From Alloascoidea hylecoeti (taxonomy: Eukaryota), in assembly GCA_001600815.1 (NCBI GenBank), contig BCKZ01000006.1, forward strand, positions 869,048-924,483: DNA of 55,436 nt, written 5' to 3'. Positions 12,641 through 22,930 of this stretch are shown here, piece by piece. Below the pieces are notes generated by a model. The model had not been told where the DNA came from. It did not search any database and was given only the letters and a program-made list of their open reading frames with translations. Every line of letters begins with the position of its first letter. Position 1 is the stretch's first letter. A program made the position numbers and the translations under genes.

Positions 12641-13372
12641 TAACTTACATCGATTTCATATATTAATTTATAATTATATATAATAAGAATGGTTAATTTT
12701 CCTAATTGATTGGCTTGTAAGGTTAACATCCGAAAAATATTAATATGAACTTTATAAGGCTAGGCCGGCAGCTACAGTATGTCTACCTAATCTCGGCCAC
12801 TTTTGATAAATTATTATCGGACTTCACTATGGAAAAAAGGGATATGCATATATGCAAAAGAATAATTTGAATATTTTATATTAATATTGATTGGATTATG
12901 AAATTCTTCTTTCCTAGAACATCCTATTAGAGCATTGGGAGTTCGCGAAAAGTACAACAAAGACATTATAAGATGTACTGATGACATCTGATCTCATGCC
13001 CATTCGATTTATACATATAATTAACGCTATAGGCCGTTAGGCGGCTACTAACTTAGGCCGGTATGCCACACATTTACTCATATTAATCTTAATTTATAAA
13101 CAAGGGATGTGATTTAATGATTAATGATGGCATATATATGATCTATTACTGGATCTTTCTTGATAGAGTATATAGTATTTAGAGTTTTGAAATGAACATG
13201 AAAAATATGTAACCTGGTATATTAGAATTCCAATTAATTATATGGTTGAAAAATCCGGGTAATAAATAGGTGCGATGAGGTTAAAAAATTTAGAAAAGCA
13301 CTACTTTGATTTATATATACATGAAATTTACTTGCTCATTAAAAATTCTTTCATTAACACAGATTTAATAAG

Positions 13373-14908
13373 ATGTCCAAATCCATAAACGAAGAAACAT
13401 GTCTATTGATCACCAGGTCTAGAGATTCTTCTGAATCCAACTCTTCTGCTTCCAATTCTTCACTTGGGAGGACTGCTAATTATGAAAGTACTGACTCTGA
13501 TCAAGTGAAATTTAACCACAGTACCAGCCAAGATACACTATTTAGTTCGGCGAAAGAAACAACAGAAAAAGCAGAATTGAAATACATGGCGAAAGCAGCA
13601 CCGTCCCTCATTTTTACGTATTTGATGCAATATTCTCTATCTGTGTCTTCTATTTTCTCCGTCAGTCATCTTGGTGAGAAATACCTTGGAGCAGTCTCGT
13701 TAGCGGCGTTAACATATAACATTACTGGATTAGGATTATTTCTTGGTTTAGCCACTTGTTTGGATACTCTATGTTCACAGGCTTATGGATCTGGAAATAA
13801 ACATCTGGTTGGAATATATTTTCAAAGGGGAACTGTAATGATATTGATGCTATATATTCCCCTCTTTATATTTTGGTGGAATTCTAGAGGCTTACTCCTA
13901 TTTCTTATTGAACAGGAAGAAATAGTAGACCTGACGATATCATATTTGAAAGTTTTATCTTTTGGTGCACCTGGTTTTATTCTCTTCGATACGGGGAAAC
14001 GATATCTTCAATCACAAGGAATTTTCAATGCTGGTACATATGTCTTACTTCTTTGTGCCCCGATTAACATGATCCTCAATTATATTTTAGTATGGTGCCC
14101 AAGTATTGGGATGGGATATCTTGGTGCAGGTGTAGCTGTTGTTATCACTTATTGGCTTTCTGCAATCTTACTCTTCTTGTATACCTGCTTCATTGATGGA
14201 TATCAATGTTGGGGAGGATTTGACCTCAAGAATGCGTTCAAAGGATGGAGAACTTTAATTGATCTTGCTATCCCAGGTGTAATTATGTTGGAAGCCGAAA
14301 ATCTAGCCTTCGAAATTTTAACTTTGGCTTCTGCGAGGTTTGGTACAACAGCTTTAGCTGCTCAATCCATTGTATCTACATTTTCCGCGATTATTTTTGA
14401 GATCCCATTTGCAACTAGTATCGTTGCATCAACGAGAATTGGACAATATATCGGAAATGGAAACTTAGGAGCTGCGGAGATTGCTACTAAAGTGGCGTTG
14501 CACGTATCTTTGATCGTTGCTCTACTGTCTTTTTCCGTAGCGTACTTTTTGAAATCTTATATTGCTAAAGCATTCACCTCGGATCCAGAAGTTTTAATGT
14601 CAGCAGTCAAAGTTTTTCCTTTAGTCGCCATCAACCAATTTTTTGACTGTCCTAATATTATTGCAGCTGGGATTCTTCGTGGACAAGGAAGGCAGAAGAT
14701 TGGTGGAATTCTCAATTTAGCTGCTTATTATACAATTGGAATACCACTGGCTTTATTTCTTGCTTTCCAAATGAATCTGGGAATTAGAGGTTTATGGATA
14801 GGTCTTGGGGTTGGAGTATTTACTGTGGCCACGGGCCTGATTTATTGCGTGATTAAGTCTGACTGGGAAAGTATAGTTTCTAAAGCATCAGGAAACATGC
14901 ATGTATGA
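13373..14908 (+). CDS. MATE family efflux transporter (Erc1/Ydr338c-like)
   Basis: 511 aa; GLATCLDTLCSQAYGSG, KRYLQSQG, LAIPGVIMLEAENLAFE, GILRGQGRQKIG motifs; about 12 hydrophobic segments. Confidence 0.92.
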   Translation: MSKSINEETCLLITRSRDSSESNSSASNSSLGRTANYESTDSDQVKFNHSTSQDTLFSSAKETTEKAELKYMAKAAPSLIFTYLMQYSLSVSSIFSVSHLGEKYLGAVSLAALTYNITGLGLFLGLATCLDTLCSQAYGSGNKHLVGIYFQRGTVMILMLYIPLFIFWWNSRGLLLFLIEQEEIVDLTISYLKVLSFGAPGFILFDTGKRYLQSQGIFNAGTYVLLLCAPINMILNYILVWCPSIGMGYLGAGVAVVITYWLSAILLFLYTCFIDGYQCWGGFDLKNAFKGWRTLIDLAIPGVIMLEAENLAFEILTLASARFGTTALAAQSIVSTFSAIIFEIPFATSIVASTRIGQYIGNGNLGAAEIATKVALHVSLIVALLSFSVAYFLKSYIAKAFTSDPEVLMSAVKVFPLVAINQFFDCPNIIAAGILRGQGRQKIGGILNLAAYYTIGIPLALFLAFQMNLGIRGLWIGLGVGVFTVATGLIYCVIKSDWESIVSKASGNMHV

Positions 14909-15235
14909 AGTTACTATGAACTCATTATTTTGCTTCCATAAATGAATTGCTGTTTGTTAAAATTGATTTTATAATTCATATTATTTTTGTGTTTGGTTCT
15001 TTTAGTTAGGAAGGTTTGATATTGATTCCTAGGGTTACATATTCTAGCGCTATATACCAGTCAGCTATACTATAGCTATAGCGCCCTATATATAATAAAC
15101 GTATACATAATAATGTACTCTTAAATGGCTTAAAATTAACCTAAAAATAATAGGCATAACATTTTAAATATGTTGGGTGCTGATGTTTACTCTATGTAAA
15201 CATATACGCGTAAATATCAGAACTTAAGTTTTTAG

Positions 15236-15275
15236 ATTGGTGGTTCCACTTTACATTTTCCGTGTGCTTGATTGG
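15236..15275 (-). promoter_or_regulatory. Two CCAAT boxes upstream of COX7
   Basis: ATTGG at 15236-15240 and 15271-15275, just upstream of a respiratory-chain gene; Hap2/3/5 control of COX genes is established in yeasts. Confidence 0.45.
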
Positions 15276-15350
15276 CTAAAGCCTGTTTGGTCTAAAACTT
15301 CTCCGTTATTTTCTTTTCTCAACTACAAACCACAACATTAAATCTTCATC

Positions 15351-15431
15351 GTATGTCAATAAATAAATCTTGTCTTGATTGCTTTCTTGACCAATTTTTT
15401 CGACTATAATCTAATTATGTTGAAATTTTAG
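15351..15431 (+). other. Putative 5'-UTR intron of COX7 ending immediately before the ATG
   Basis: GTATGT at 15351, ATCTAAT branch-like motif, TTTTAG directly followed by ATG at 15432; no ATG in the sequence immediately upstream of the donor. Confidence 0.65.
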
Positions 15432-15687
15432 ATGGATCCAAAAGGTGTTATTAAATTACAAAGACAGTTTCAAGCTCAAAAGAATGTCCCAATCTACATG
15501 AGGGTATGTTAAATATGGGAAGATGATTTGACTCATTTTTTAAAGAATTTGCCACTAATACCTTGGTTTATAGGGGAGAGGTCCTTACTTTGTTTACCCA
15601 TTCTTTGCCTTATTCACTGTCACTGGTGCTGCCTCCGTTTACTACCTCGGTCGTGCCATTTTGGGTATTAAAGATGAAAAGAAATAG
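15432..15687 (+). CDS. COX7: Cytochrome c oxidase subunit VII; exons 15432-15503 and 15574-15687 (61 aa)
   Basis: Spliced MDPKGVIKLQRQFQAQKNVPIYMR-GRGPYFVYPFFALFTVTGAASVYYLGRAILGIKDEKK, resembling yeast Cox7; intron GTATGT..CACTAAT..TAG; not in the ORF track. Confidence 0.9.
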
Positions 15688-16836
15688 ATCTTCAAATGAA
15701 CATAAACTTACTTTTTATGTCATTTAATGTTTTGAGGAAGCAGGACTTGTATGGATAAAATAGAAATATCAATTGAATAGGAATTTATAAATCTCAAGTT
15801 TGTTTTATGAAGGTTATTAATATACGCTTTCAAAATAAAGACAGAATACTTTTCGTTGTAGATATGTGTTTATCTGATAAACCCACATTTGCATATAAAT
15901 CTTCAAGTAGTATGTTCTCATCTTAATCGTTTTAATATCGTCACATCGGTATAAGAAATCAGCTACTGATATAAGAATTTGATTGCGTTAATCATACTAT
16001 AGGCGTAAGTTTACTCATTTCACCCTTCTTTCGATCGCTAATGAAGATTTAAAGTTCCTGTTACCAATAGGTGATCCAGTGTTTCACATGGACCCCATGA
16101 GCATGTTGCACTAATTCATTTAATGTGTAAAAACAGCGAAAGCACAAAATGAAAATACCAAAAAATTGGCTGTAATTCGCTGACTGCTGATTAGTCGTAC
16201 ACACCTGTGCTTGAATATAATAGAAATAATATAATGCTTGGAGGAAAAATCATTTTTATGAGCTTACTTGTAGCAATTAAGGTGTAGAAAGAAACGAATT
16301 TTGCGGCGAATTAAATTATAAAAATGGTCGAATTTCTCGTAACACGTGACTATGCTGAAATATCCTTCTTAAGATAAATGTATGGGTGTTTAATTTACAT
16401 GCGGTAGGAGCCATCTCCGTCTTTAATTTCAGTTAGCTCAAGATTTAACCGTCATATAAAGCCCATGTTACATAAATATGATCCTTCCATTTCGATATTT
16501 CTCATTCCCGATTTTCATATACAGTTCCTAGTGTATGGGAGAGAAATCCAATTTTTAAAATAATATTTAATGTAAGTAAGTACGGGTGTTTACATATTCG
16601 CCGGATTCATTTGATATCTATTGTGTCTAGCTAGCGCTAAGGCTATAAAGTCTAAGAAGAGTCTATGTTTTTACAAAGATTGAAAACATATAATTATAAG
16701 GTTATAAAATCTTATAGCCAAGTAATCAAACATTAACCTATAATTATAAATATAAAATACATTCTATAAATAAACAACAATTATAACATATAAGTTATAT
16801 CAAGAACTATTTAAATTTTATCATGAAACATGAACA

Positions 16837-18591
16837 TTAACACCATACATTAAACCATCTAACGTAAAATGGTTTAGTTCTCAAATACTCCTTGTCTTCT
16901 TGGATTTCCTGCTTCAAATATTCTAAATCAAACTCTCTTCTGCCACTGTCGATATCAATTTCTTCTACAGGTATATAAAGCCTCCAATTTCTTTTCCAAA
17001 TCTTATGTCCAATGTATAATAATAGAACAACAAAGAGACAGAGATACGCTTTAAAAAATGTTTGTGCATTAGAATCTCCCCCTATTGGGAACAAAGCAAT
17101 CCAAAATTGAGCAATAAGTACTATGATGTTTAGTACCAAACCATAGTATGAGCCATAGACTCCTACCTGAGAAGAAAATGGCAGTTCATCCGTCCCTCTT
17201 CCATGAATATGAAGTGTGTATCTGAAACGAATGTGACAAACGCAAATAGAACCCCACGTAAATATACAGGATAGACCAGTTAAGGCAACTAACCATTCAA
17301 ACACTTGAACTGACTGACCAGATCTGACGACGAAACATAATAAACCAAAAACACCAGAAGTCGCAATCCCAACTAGAGGCCTTCCTCTTCTATCAATATA
17401 ACCAAATATTTTAGGAGCCATTTGCAAATTCGACATAGCAGCGAGAATCCTAGAATTGGCGTAAACGGCTGAATTACCAACAGAAAGAACAGCAAATAAA
17501 ATGATTACATTCATAACTGAGGGTAAACCATTGACACCAGCATTTTTAATAGCTAATACAAATGGCGAGGCAGCTGAATCCCCTGACGATTCTGCAATTA
17601 ACCTTGTTTCAGTGTAAGGGACTAGACATCCAATAACTGTGAGTGATAACATATAAAAGAAGACAATTCTCCAAAATATCTGCTTGGTAGCTCTAGGAAT
17701 GGATTTTCTTGGATTTTCTGCCTCGGCAGCGGTTAATCCCATAAGCTCTGAACCATTGAAGGAGAAGGCTGCAGTAACAAACACACTAGCTAAACCTTTA
17801 AATCCATGGGCAAAGGCTCCTGGATCATTCCAATATTTTCCACCAAAATATTTATGAGTTGGACCACCACCACATATAACAGCAACCCCAAATATAATAA
17901 ATCCAACGATTCCAATAACTTTGATCAAGGAAAGAATGAACTCTGTTTCTCCATATCCTTTTACACCAAAGAAATTTAACACTAGAATGAGGACCAAAAA
18001 AATAGCTACCCAAATTGAGGAATCAATATTTGAATCCCAATAATTTATCACAATTGATGCAGAGACTAATTCTAATGGTAAGACAACACACCATTGAACA
18101 ATATAATTCCAACCCATAGCAAACCCCCAAGATGTATCCATGAATTTTGTCATATAAGTACACATAGCTCCAGGTACGGGGAAAGTAGCAGCTAGTTCAC
18201 CTAAGGCTTGAACAGTACAAAATACCATTGTTCCGACTAATGCCCAGGCAATAATAACAGCGGCTGGTCCACCAGTTCTTAAAGCTCCACCAGATCCAAT
18301 AAATAAACCTGTACCAACGGCAGAACCAATTGCAATCATTTGAATATGCCTACCTTTTAATTGTTTAGAAAGCGGTGATGTTGCAGTGGCAATCATAGCT
18401 TTTTCAGCTTCTGATAGACGAGGGTCAATTTCATCCATTTCAAATCTTTTGAAGGAGTCAACGAAATCTTTCCATTTTGAAGGGTTTTCCCCTCCTGTAC
18501 CAGTAGTATCGTATAAATCTTCATATGGAAGATACCCTGATTCTGGAATAGACTCTCTTGTCGTAAAAGTCTGTGAATTGTCTTTGAACAT
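16837..18591 (-). CDS. Yeast amino-acid permease (YAT/APC family), Gap1-like
   Basis: LKGRHIQMIAIGSAVGTGLFIGSG, GYGETEF, AAFSFNGSEL, FWRIVFFY, ASPFVLAI, C-terminal WFNVWC; first ATG at 18591. Confidence 0.92.
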   Translation of the reverse strand: MFKDNSQTFTTRESIPESGYLPYEDLYDTTGTGGENPSKWKDFVDSFKRFEMDEIDPRLSEAEKAMIATATSPLSKQLKGRHIQMIAIGSAVGTGLFIGSGGALRTGGPAAVIIAWALVGTMVFCTVQALGELAATFPVPGAMCTYMTKFMDTSWGFAMGWNYIVQWCVVLPLELVSASIVINYWDSNIDSSIWVAIFLVLILVLNFFGVKGYGETEFILSLIKVIGIVGFIIFGVAVICGGGPTHKYFGGKYWNDPGAFAHGFKGLASVFVTAAFSFNGSELMGLTAAEAENPRKSIPRATKQIFWRIVFFYMLSLTVIGCLVPYTETRLIAESSGDSAASPFVLAIKNAGVNGLPSVMNVIILFAVLSVGNSAVYANSRILAAMSNLQMAPKIFGYIDRRGRPLVGIATSGVFGLLCFVVRSGQSVQVFEWLVALTGLSCIFTWGSICVCHIRFRYTLHIHGRGTDELPFSSQVGVYGSYYGLVLNIIVLIAQFWIALFPIGGDSNAQTFFKAYLCLFVVLLLYIGHKIWKRNWRLYIPVEEIDIDSGRREFDLEYLKQEIQEDKEYLRTKPFYVRWFNVWC

Positions 18592-21500
18592 CACTAATCA
18601 CTTTGTCACGAACTAAGTGTTCAACGAAAAACGAACGTGGATATGGATATTATTGAATCTAAAAGATACCCAAAATCAGAACTCCAAAGATTTAAATCCC
18701 GGTTAAGGATGCTATGTTTGTTTTATATGTTTTTACAGAAAATATCAATTATAAATTAAACATAGGATGTCATGAATTTATGTCCAAATTATGTACAACT
18801 TTATTTTTTAACTCATTTGAAAATATGCATATGGATAACGTCAAATAATATTTTTCCTCGAATTTCGGCGGGTGATTGAGAATGAGTAAAGAGTTTGTCG
18901 CAGAACATCGATATGTCGCTTCAGAACCGCCTGGCGGTACATCATATGCAAGATGAAATCTTGAGATGCATAAATGTATCCATGCATATTTCCGAATCTT
19001 TGCAATTTGGTATACGCATAGATTCGATCCGTTCATATAAAAATATTATTTAATATTGATTTGAATTTGAAAGTGAATGCATCATGATCAAAATATTGAT
19101 CTTCTACCGGTGTGACAGTCATTGGGACTATGATATTACTGGAAATAAACTATCATTAACAACTTATCAATATTTAAATAAAACTTGATGCACATTTGTG
19201 TGAAAACTGTAACTAGGACTGAGGGTTATGATTATTATACAAAACTAACTTTTTTCTTTAAATTTCGAAATTTCCAATTGCGGACAATACGGAGTCTATT
19301 TTTCTATTAATTAATAATTAAATTTTCTATAAGATTAATTTACACGAATTAATGTTCCAACTTTCAATATTTGCAATAGCTACCTGATTAATCGCAGCCG
19401 TGTATATATTTCAAGAGACTTTCCAAATATTATATGACAATAGATCTAGAATATCTCTAGTTGATAGTTGTTGTTGAAGATTAATAACTCGATTATGCTA
19501 TATTACTTAGTTTAAGCCAAATTATAAATAACATACATTTAGTATCATTTAGTAAATATTATATATACTTATAGTTGACTTATAATTAGATCAGTAGTTG
19601 CAGTTCTAGATATAAAAAAATACGCTTAATTCAATGCTTAAATAAGAGGGAGTCAATTATAAAACTATAAAATAAACAGCGTTGTGTCAATTGCAATTGC
19701 AATTGTTACCCATATTATTAATCAGATTACCAGTTCGAGAAAATCATACCGGTACCGGTAACTCTATATAATATAATATAATATAATATAATATAATGTA
19801 AGTAAGCAAGCTGATACAGACAAAAATATATATCAACTTCCATATTTATTATCTTATTGCTTTTTAATTAATAGTTTTTTATCGTCCATGGTATTCGAAT
19901 TCCTTTATCCTAACAAAAATGTATTACATTTATAAGATATTTTAAGTCTAACTTTTTATATAGGAATTCAATGAAAGTACCTCTAAACTGTATGTAGGAT
20001 ATAAAAACATATAAATGTCTAGAAAAACCATCTCAAATCTTCGAAACTATACACATATAACCTCATAGCAGTATCTACTTTATAAATCAGGATCCAGCTG
20101 TTGCCTACCTATATGATGATTCCGAAAGCTTATAGAGATTTTCTTTCTATTTCCCGGTTATGTACGATCGAATACAATTAAATATTCAGTTGCCAATTGC
20201 AATTACAATTACAATTCAGCTGAAGTAAGTCTACTATGGCCAATAATCATATATGAATCTGTGAAATCTCATGCTATTGCTAATATTAAAAATTGGATAT
20301 AGATCTAGAACTTATGATCAGCAGTTGGTAGAAATTTAATTATAAGATTGGCTAAGTTCATGAGTGATTATATATTTATGTCACATAAATGCTTAAGGTT
20401 AAGCTTATAAATAAGTATGAATTACAATTGTAAATTATAAATTACTAGTATAATTCTATGGCTAAATTTAAGTATGATTCTATATCAGAGTTAGTGCTTT
20501 ACCTCATAGTAGGCTCATACAATTGACAAATGACAACAATTAATGAGATCATAAACAACGGTTTCGGAGCGCGGCTCCATTGTTACGCCGATGTCATTGT
20601 AGCATGTACCTCGCTCGGCATGCAATGTATGCGGATGTCTCGGTTTTCGGCGGTTTCAGTGACAAATCAACTGCTTACATCGAAAGCTTCGCTGGCGGCA
20701 AAAAGAAAATTTTCATGTATGTCATATTCAAATAAGTGTGTAGTTGCGATGTTGTAGAATAATTATATTAATATTAATTCGCCATTAAATCACTAATTAT
20801 AATTATCTATAATTATTCCTATTATGCATATGCATATGCATATTCATTTCACCATAAATATAGCTATAGGATTTTCTTAAATTTAAAATATAGGTGAAAT
20901 TGTTAACATCTATTTCTATACAATACATTGATAGTTACTGGAGCTGGTTATTATGTGCGAATATTTATACAGTTTAATTTAGAAATGATTTGAATTGCTT
21001 TTGTTTAAGGTTCAACTTATTAAGGTGTAGGTTCCTACGCCAGGGGAAACCCGAAAATAAAATAATGCAGCGCTTAAAACTCACCTTCTTTTTAACCAAC
21101 CACCACCAAAAAAACCTCAATTCAAAAGTGGGAAAAGACAATCAATGTTTAAGATTACATAAGGCTTTTTTTGCGTGCAGCTGAACCCTAAAGTACTCCG
21201 TGCCAAGAACCCAAAATATTTCGCCGTTTAGGAATATAAGTTAATTAAATAAAACTCCTCCAATTGAAGAGTTTAATAAAACAAAATGAAAACTCTCTGT
21301 TTTCCAGTAAGATGAAATAGTAGAAAATGTCCACTAAGAAAATTTCCAAACGTGGCTACACTATTGATAGATAATTGTTTATGATTGTATATCCCAACGC
21401 GAGTTAATTCAAGTTTACACAGTTCGAAACGTTTGCAGATATCAATAACAGTGAATGAGCATTAAGCGAGAAACCAACGAGTTGCGGCTTTTTTAGATAG

Positions 21501-21674
21501 ATATGAAAAGATTTCTTACAAGCCGCCTAACTTTCTTGATCCTTATAGACTCTTGGCAAAGGATAAAATAGCATATAAAGCTGGTTCAAATGATACAAGT
21601 GACAAATATAAATACAAACCATGTAACTTTTTACAATGCGGAGAACACTAGCTAGTTGTATTTTTAGCGATGTC

Positions 21675-21767
21675 TGTTAAAGTTCAAAGTGCCTGTTCTC
21701 CCAGTTGCGCCAAAAAGCCAATCGACTCTTTAGTGAACTGTTCTAAGAGTGTAATATATATCCAACA
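21675..21767 (-). repeat. 3' LTR of the TRIM-like element
   Basis: 93 bp, identical base by base to 21958-22050. Confidence 0.95.
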
Positions 21768-21917
21768 CACCCCCCAACCTTAGGCAGGTCACTTTACTAA
21801 TCGCCATATCTGCTCACCCCCGTGATCTTGCGGGTTTCGGACTTCTTGCAGACTGACTCGGACATGCGTTACCCTACTAAGCCTCAACTAGACTGATGTA
21901 AACTACCGTCCTACGGC

Positions 21918-22043
21918 GGACTCGAACCTGATGCCTCTCGTGGCGGCGCCGCTACCATGTTAAAGTTCAAAGTGCCTGTTCTCCCAGTTGCGCCAAAAAG
22001 CCAATCGACTCTTTAGTGAACTGTTCTAAGAGTGTAATATATA
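21918..22043 (-). promoter_or_regulatory. Putative RNA polymerase III promoter in the TRIM-like element (TATA, A-box, B-box)
   Basis: TATATATT at 22043-22036; A-box TGGCGCAACTGG at 21995-21984 (fits TRGCNNARYNGG); B-box GGTTCGAGTCC at 21928-21918 (fits GGTTCGANNCC); 55 nt between the boxes. Confidence 0.6.
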
Positions 22044-22050
22044 TCCAACA
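21958..22050 (-). repeat. 5' LTR of the TRIM-like element
   Basis: 93 bp, TGTTGGATATATATT...CTTTAACA on the minus strand, immediately followed by the PBS. Confidence 0.95.
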
Positions 22051-22259
22051 ATGTCAAGAAGCCCTTAAAGGTGCTGATTCCAGTGGAGTTTCCGTCTATT
22101 CCTCACTCGATTCCTCTTCGAAAGGAACTTGACATATATGTTCAATGGGTGATTCCACTCTCTCCATGATTATTGTTATATCATAAAATGTCCAGGCTCG
22201 TTACTTGTTCACAAAGTGGTTATATATATTGAGAGGATCAAAACTGCTTTCACCCTTCC

Positions 22260-22285
22260 AAAAAAAAAAAAAAAAAAAAAAAAAA
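22260..22285 (+). repeat. Poly(A) tract, 26 nt
   Basis: Uninterrupted A run. Confidence 0.95.
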
Positions 22286-22559
22286 TTAGAAGATTCCCCC
22301 TCAACTTAAAAGAGGGTGAACAATCTTCAATAGTTTTCAAATTTAGAGGAGGAGAAACCTGCTGATTCACTAGAAATACACAAGTCACCTAGCATCAGGC
22401 AGAAGTCATACAAACGAGATAACAACGGATATTATATTTGTTTAAAATGGATTTTCAGTTTTCTTAATAGGATTAAACGGCTCTCACATACTGATTTATC
22501 TGCACCTATTAAGAAGATGAACCGAAATCAACCCAAAACGATTCAGAATAATTGGAGTA

Positions 22560-22930
22560 GGAACTATACACTGCCCTACAGTCCAATGCTGAAATGGATT
22601 CTCATATAACAAAGGTCAAAGGTATGAATTGGGGAGCTCTCAAAAATCCCCGATTAGCTTTCTGAATTGTGCACTAGGAACTAGTCGCGGGGGTAGTAAT
22701 GAAGAGTACTATACGGGTACAGGGAGTATTTGATCTCTATTGTCTCGTAAGAGGAACTTCTTAGGGAAAGACAGAAGATATAAATATAAAAGAGTACCTC
22801 ATGCCACTGACCAACAGAACAGGAAACGTAGGCAGATTGTGATGCAAACACACACTCCAAATGAAGGTCTCTCCGAAGAAGAAAGACTTAAAAACTGTAG
22901 AATACATTGAGGGTAATAAAGAGAATATAC
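22560..22930 (+). pseudogene. Possible degenerate Ty3/gypsy pol (RNase H) relic
   Basis: Across frameshifts, peptides NYTLPY, KSPISFL, EEYYTGT/EYLISIV, NFLGK, ATDQQN and TVEYIEGNKEN occur in the order of gypsy RNase H motifs. Confidence 0.35.

Larger units (their letters stand above)
21675..22050 (-). mobile_element. Non-autonomous miniature LTR retrotransposon (TRIM-like), 376 bp
   Basis: Identical 93-bp direct repeats (21675-21767, 21958-22050) with TGTT...AACA ends; 5-bp TSD ATGTC (21670-21674, 22051-22055); on the minus strand PBS TGGTAGCG directly follows the 5' LTR and PPT AAGGTTGGGGGGTG directly precedes the 3' LTR; 190-bp interior with no long ORF. Confidence 0.95.

Noticed and set aside
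21675..22050. Interpretation of the 93-bp repeats as a CRISPR array, assembly artefact or tRNA gene
   Set aside because: Only two repeats in a eukaryotic context; TSD, PBS and PPT explain them as LTRs; the A/B-box region does not form a tRNA cloverleaf
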